Source of the DNA: the human T2T-CHM13v2.0 reference genome, Homo sapiens
DNA: 64,000 bases
Assembly (NCBI RefSeq): GCF_009914755.1
Contig: NC_060928.1
Strand: one strand, 5' to 3'
This document shows, piece by piece, positions 61,705 through 64,000 of the stretch (positions within the stretch are counted from its first letter, which is position 1; every line of letters starts with the position of its first letter). A program made the position numbers and the translations under genes. A model generated the notes under the pieces. It was not told the origin of the DNA and made no database searches. It saw nothing but the letters and a program-made list of their open reading frames with translations.

Positions 61705-62790
61705 GTCTAGAGATGAGTGTGTGTGTGTGCGCGCACACACACACTGTAGAGGTGAGGGGTGTGTGCGTGTGTTCTAGAGGTGAGGGGGGTGTGTGTGTGC
61801 GCGCGCTCTAGAGGTGGGAGGTGTGTGTGTGCTCTAGAGGTGGATGTGTGTGTGTGTGCTCTAGAGGTGGGGGTGTGTGTGTGTGTGTGTGCTCTAGAGG
61901 TGAGGGGTGTGTGTGTGTGTTCTAAAGGTGAGATGTGTGTGTGTGTTCTAGAGGTAAGGGGTGTGTGTGTTCCAGAGGTGAGGTGTCTGTATGTGTGTTC
62001 TAGAGGTGAGGGGTGTGTGCATGTGTGTTCTAGAGGTGAAGGGGGTGTGTGTGCGTGCGCTCTAGAGGTGAGGGGTGTGTGTATTCTAGAGGTGAGGGGT
62101 GTGTGTGTTCTAGAAGTGAGGGGTGTGTGTGTTCTGGAGGTGAGATGTGTGTGTGTGTGTTCTAGAGGTGAGGGGTGCGTGCATGTGTTCTAGAGGTGTG
62201 TGTGTATCTGTGTTCTAGAGGTGAGGGGTGTGTGTGTGTAGTCTAGAGGTGACAGGTGTGTGTGTGTGGTCTATAGGTGAGGGATGTGTGTGTGGTCTAG
62301 AGGTGAGGGATGTGTGTGTGGTCTAGAGGTGAGGGGTGTGTGTGTTCTAGAGGTGAGGGGGTGTATGTGTATTCTAGAGCTGAGGAGAGTGTGTGTTCTA
62401 GAGATGAGGTGTGTATGTGTGTTCTAGAGGTGAGGGGTGTGTGTGTGTTCTGGAGTTGAGGGGTGTGTGTTCTAGAGGTGAGATGTGTGTGTTCTAGAGA
62501 TGATGGGTGTGTGTGTTCTAGAAGTGAGAGGTGTGTGTGTTCTAGAGGTAAGGGATGTGTGTGTGTGTGTTCTAGAGGTGAGTTGTGTGTGTGTTCTAGA
62601 GGTGAGATGTGTGTGTGTTTGTTCTAGAGGTGAGGGGTGTGTGTGTGTAGTCTAGAGGTGACAGGTGTGTGTGTGTGGTCTATAGGTGAGGGATGTGTGT
62701 GTGGTCTAGAGGTGAGGGATGTATGTGTGGTCTAGAGGTGAGAGGTGTGTGTGAGTGTGAAGGAGGGTGGAGAGGTATCCCTCTAGAAGT
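61705..62790 (+). repeat. minisatellite/VNTR, unit approximately TCTAGAGGTGAGGGG(TG)nT
   Basis: roughly 40 imperfect units of about 22-30 bp by eye, most with TCTAGA. Confidence 0.95.
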
Positions 62791-63074
62791 GAGGGTGGGG
62801 TAGAGGTGAACTGGGTAACAGCCCATTGCCACCCAGCAGATGTTTAGTCTGAATACTCAGAACCCAGAATGTGATCTCAGGTTGGAATTCCTTGAGTCCA
62901 GTCCTTCCAGAATTCAAATTTCAGATCCCCTAAATCTGGAGGATTTCTGAAGTTTGGGTCTTTCTTGCCAGTGCTGCATTTCTTACTGATTTTTGTTCCT
63001 TCTGTGGCCCCCCTTTTCTTATGTTTGTGATGTCTCTTTCTTGTGCTGATCATTTTTATTGTCGCACATTTCAG

Positions 63075-63119
63075 GCAAATAAGAAACAGCAGAGAACCAC
63101 CTGTGTTACACACCACCCA
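63075..63119 (+). CDS. BST1: BST1 alternative cassette exon 1b (45 nt, QIRNSREPPVLHTTQ)
   Basis: acceptor CACATTTCAG| at 63074, donor CCA|GTATGA at 63120; frame-preserving with no stop; matches my recollection of the described longer CD157 isoform. Confidence 0.8.
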
Positions 63120-63669
63120 GTATGAGAAACAAAGTTACAAATGCTATGGGAAATATTTTTTGAAAACTAGCATGGACCTCAAGAGGGGCTTGCACTGGAG
63201 GGTGCACCTGCTTTGCCAGAGGTGGAAGCCTTTTGCAGCATTGGGCCTCCCTCCTAACACTACACATCCTGCTGGCTGGCCTGGCCTCACCTGGTCCCCG
63301 AGCTCCACACTGGAACTGGACAATGAGACTGGCCCCACCGTTAGGTCTAAATGAAGAGGCACCTGCTGTATAGTTGACTGAATTTGTCACCTCCTGCTCG
63401 GTGCCATTTCTGCTTGTCTCCGTGAGCCTGGGGCAAGGCTGTATTCCTTAGTTCTGAGAAATCTGTGCAGTGCCTTCAGAGAGACAATTCCAGTGTCAGA
63501 TTTCTGAATCTGTCACCTAAGCCATGACAATTCGTTGTCTTTTTTGTAAGCCTACTTCTGCAGTTACTATATGAAAAATCTCTTGTAAAGCTCTTAGACA
63601 AATGGGCATACTTCACAACACATTATGATGTGCATGTGTGTGTTCTTCCCAACTTGTACTTTTGCACAG

Positions 63670-63796
63670 GAACAAGAACTGCACAGCCATCTGGGAAGCC
63701 TTTAAAGTGGCGCTGGACAAGGATCCCTGCTCCGTGCTGCCCTCAGACTATGACCTTTTTATTAACTTGTCCAGGCACTCTATTCCCAGAGATAAG
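63670..63796 (+). CDS. BST1: BST1 coding exon 2
   Basis: acceptor CTTTTGCACAG|; (R)NKNCTAIWEAFKVALDKDPCSVLPSDYDLFINLSRHSIPRDK; donor AAG|GTAACA; 127 nt, in frame with exon 1. Confidence 0.97.
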
Positions 63797-64000
63797 GTAA
63801 CACCACAACCATCTTGGGTAAAACTGTGTTCTCTGTCTCTACAGAAATGGATGGTGCATGGGCCAGGTTGACATTAGCTGTCCCCTGCATCCTGCAATGT
63901 CACAGAAACATCAGGCAGCACACATAATGTGTGTGCTGAGCTCTCTGTGGGAAGCTAGCTTTGTTTCTGTATTAGTCCGTTGTCACATTGCTATAAAGAA

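Noticed and set aside
61759-62193. 144-aa Cys/Val-rich ORF, and CRISPR-like appearance of the repeat
   Set aside because: Translation of a eukaryotic minisatellite; there are no unique spacers and no cas genes.
61705-62790. TCTAGA units as hAT/Buster target sites linked to FAM200B
   Set aside because: No insertions or footprints in the array; resemblance to the target preference is likely coincidental.

Overview
Human (or very closely related primate) genomic DNA matching the chr4p15 FBXL5-FAM200B-BST1 locus. Minus strand: first two coding exons of FBXL5 (N-terminal hemerythrin-like iron-sensing domain) with a CpG-island promoter at about 13.0-14.3 kb. Plus strand: FAM200B, a domesticated hAT/Buster (Charlie-type) transposase with an intact 657-aa ORF behind a CpG island at about 39.5-40.3 kb, and the 5' end of BST1/CD157 (exon 1, 45-nt cassette exon 1b, exon 2). 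The rest is mostly Alu, L1, MaLR/ERV LTR and DNA-transposon debris. The most notable observation not shown by the ORF track is a full-length, heavily decayed second copy of the FAM200B transposase at about 25.8-32.7 kb, in the same orientation and split by nested insertions with visible target-site duplications. A MITE with related termini lies in FBXL5 intron 1. Also notable: FAM200B keeps all recognisable catalytic motifs; FBXL5 has an overlapping uORF and a candidate alternative first exon that would remove iron ligand H15; BST1 intron 1 has a 1-kb minisatellite of repeated 5' splice-site-like motifs. Repeat family names and boundaries are by eye and approximate.
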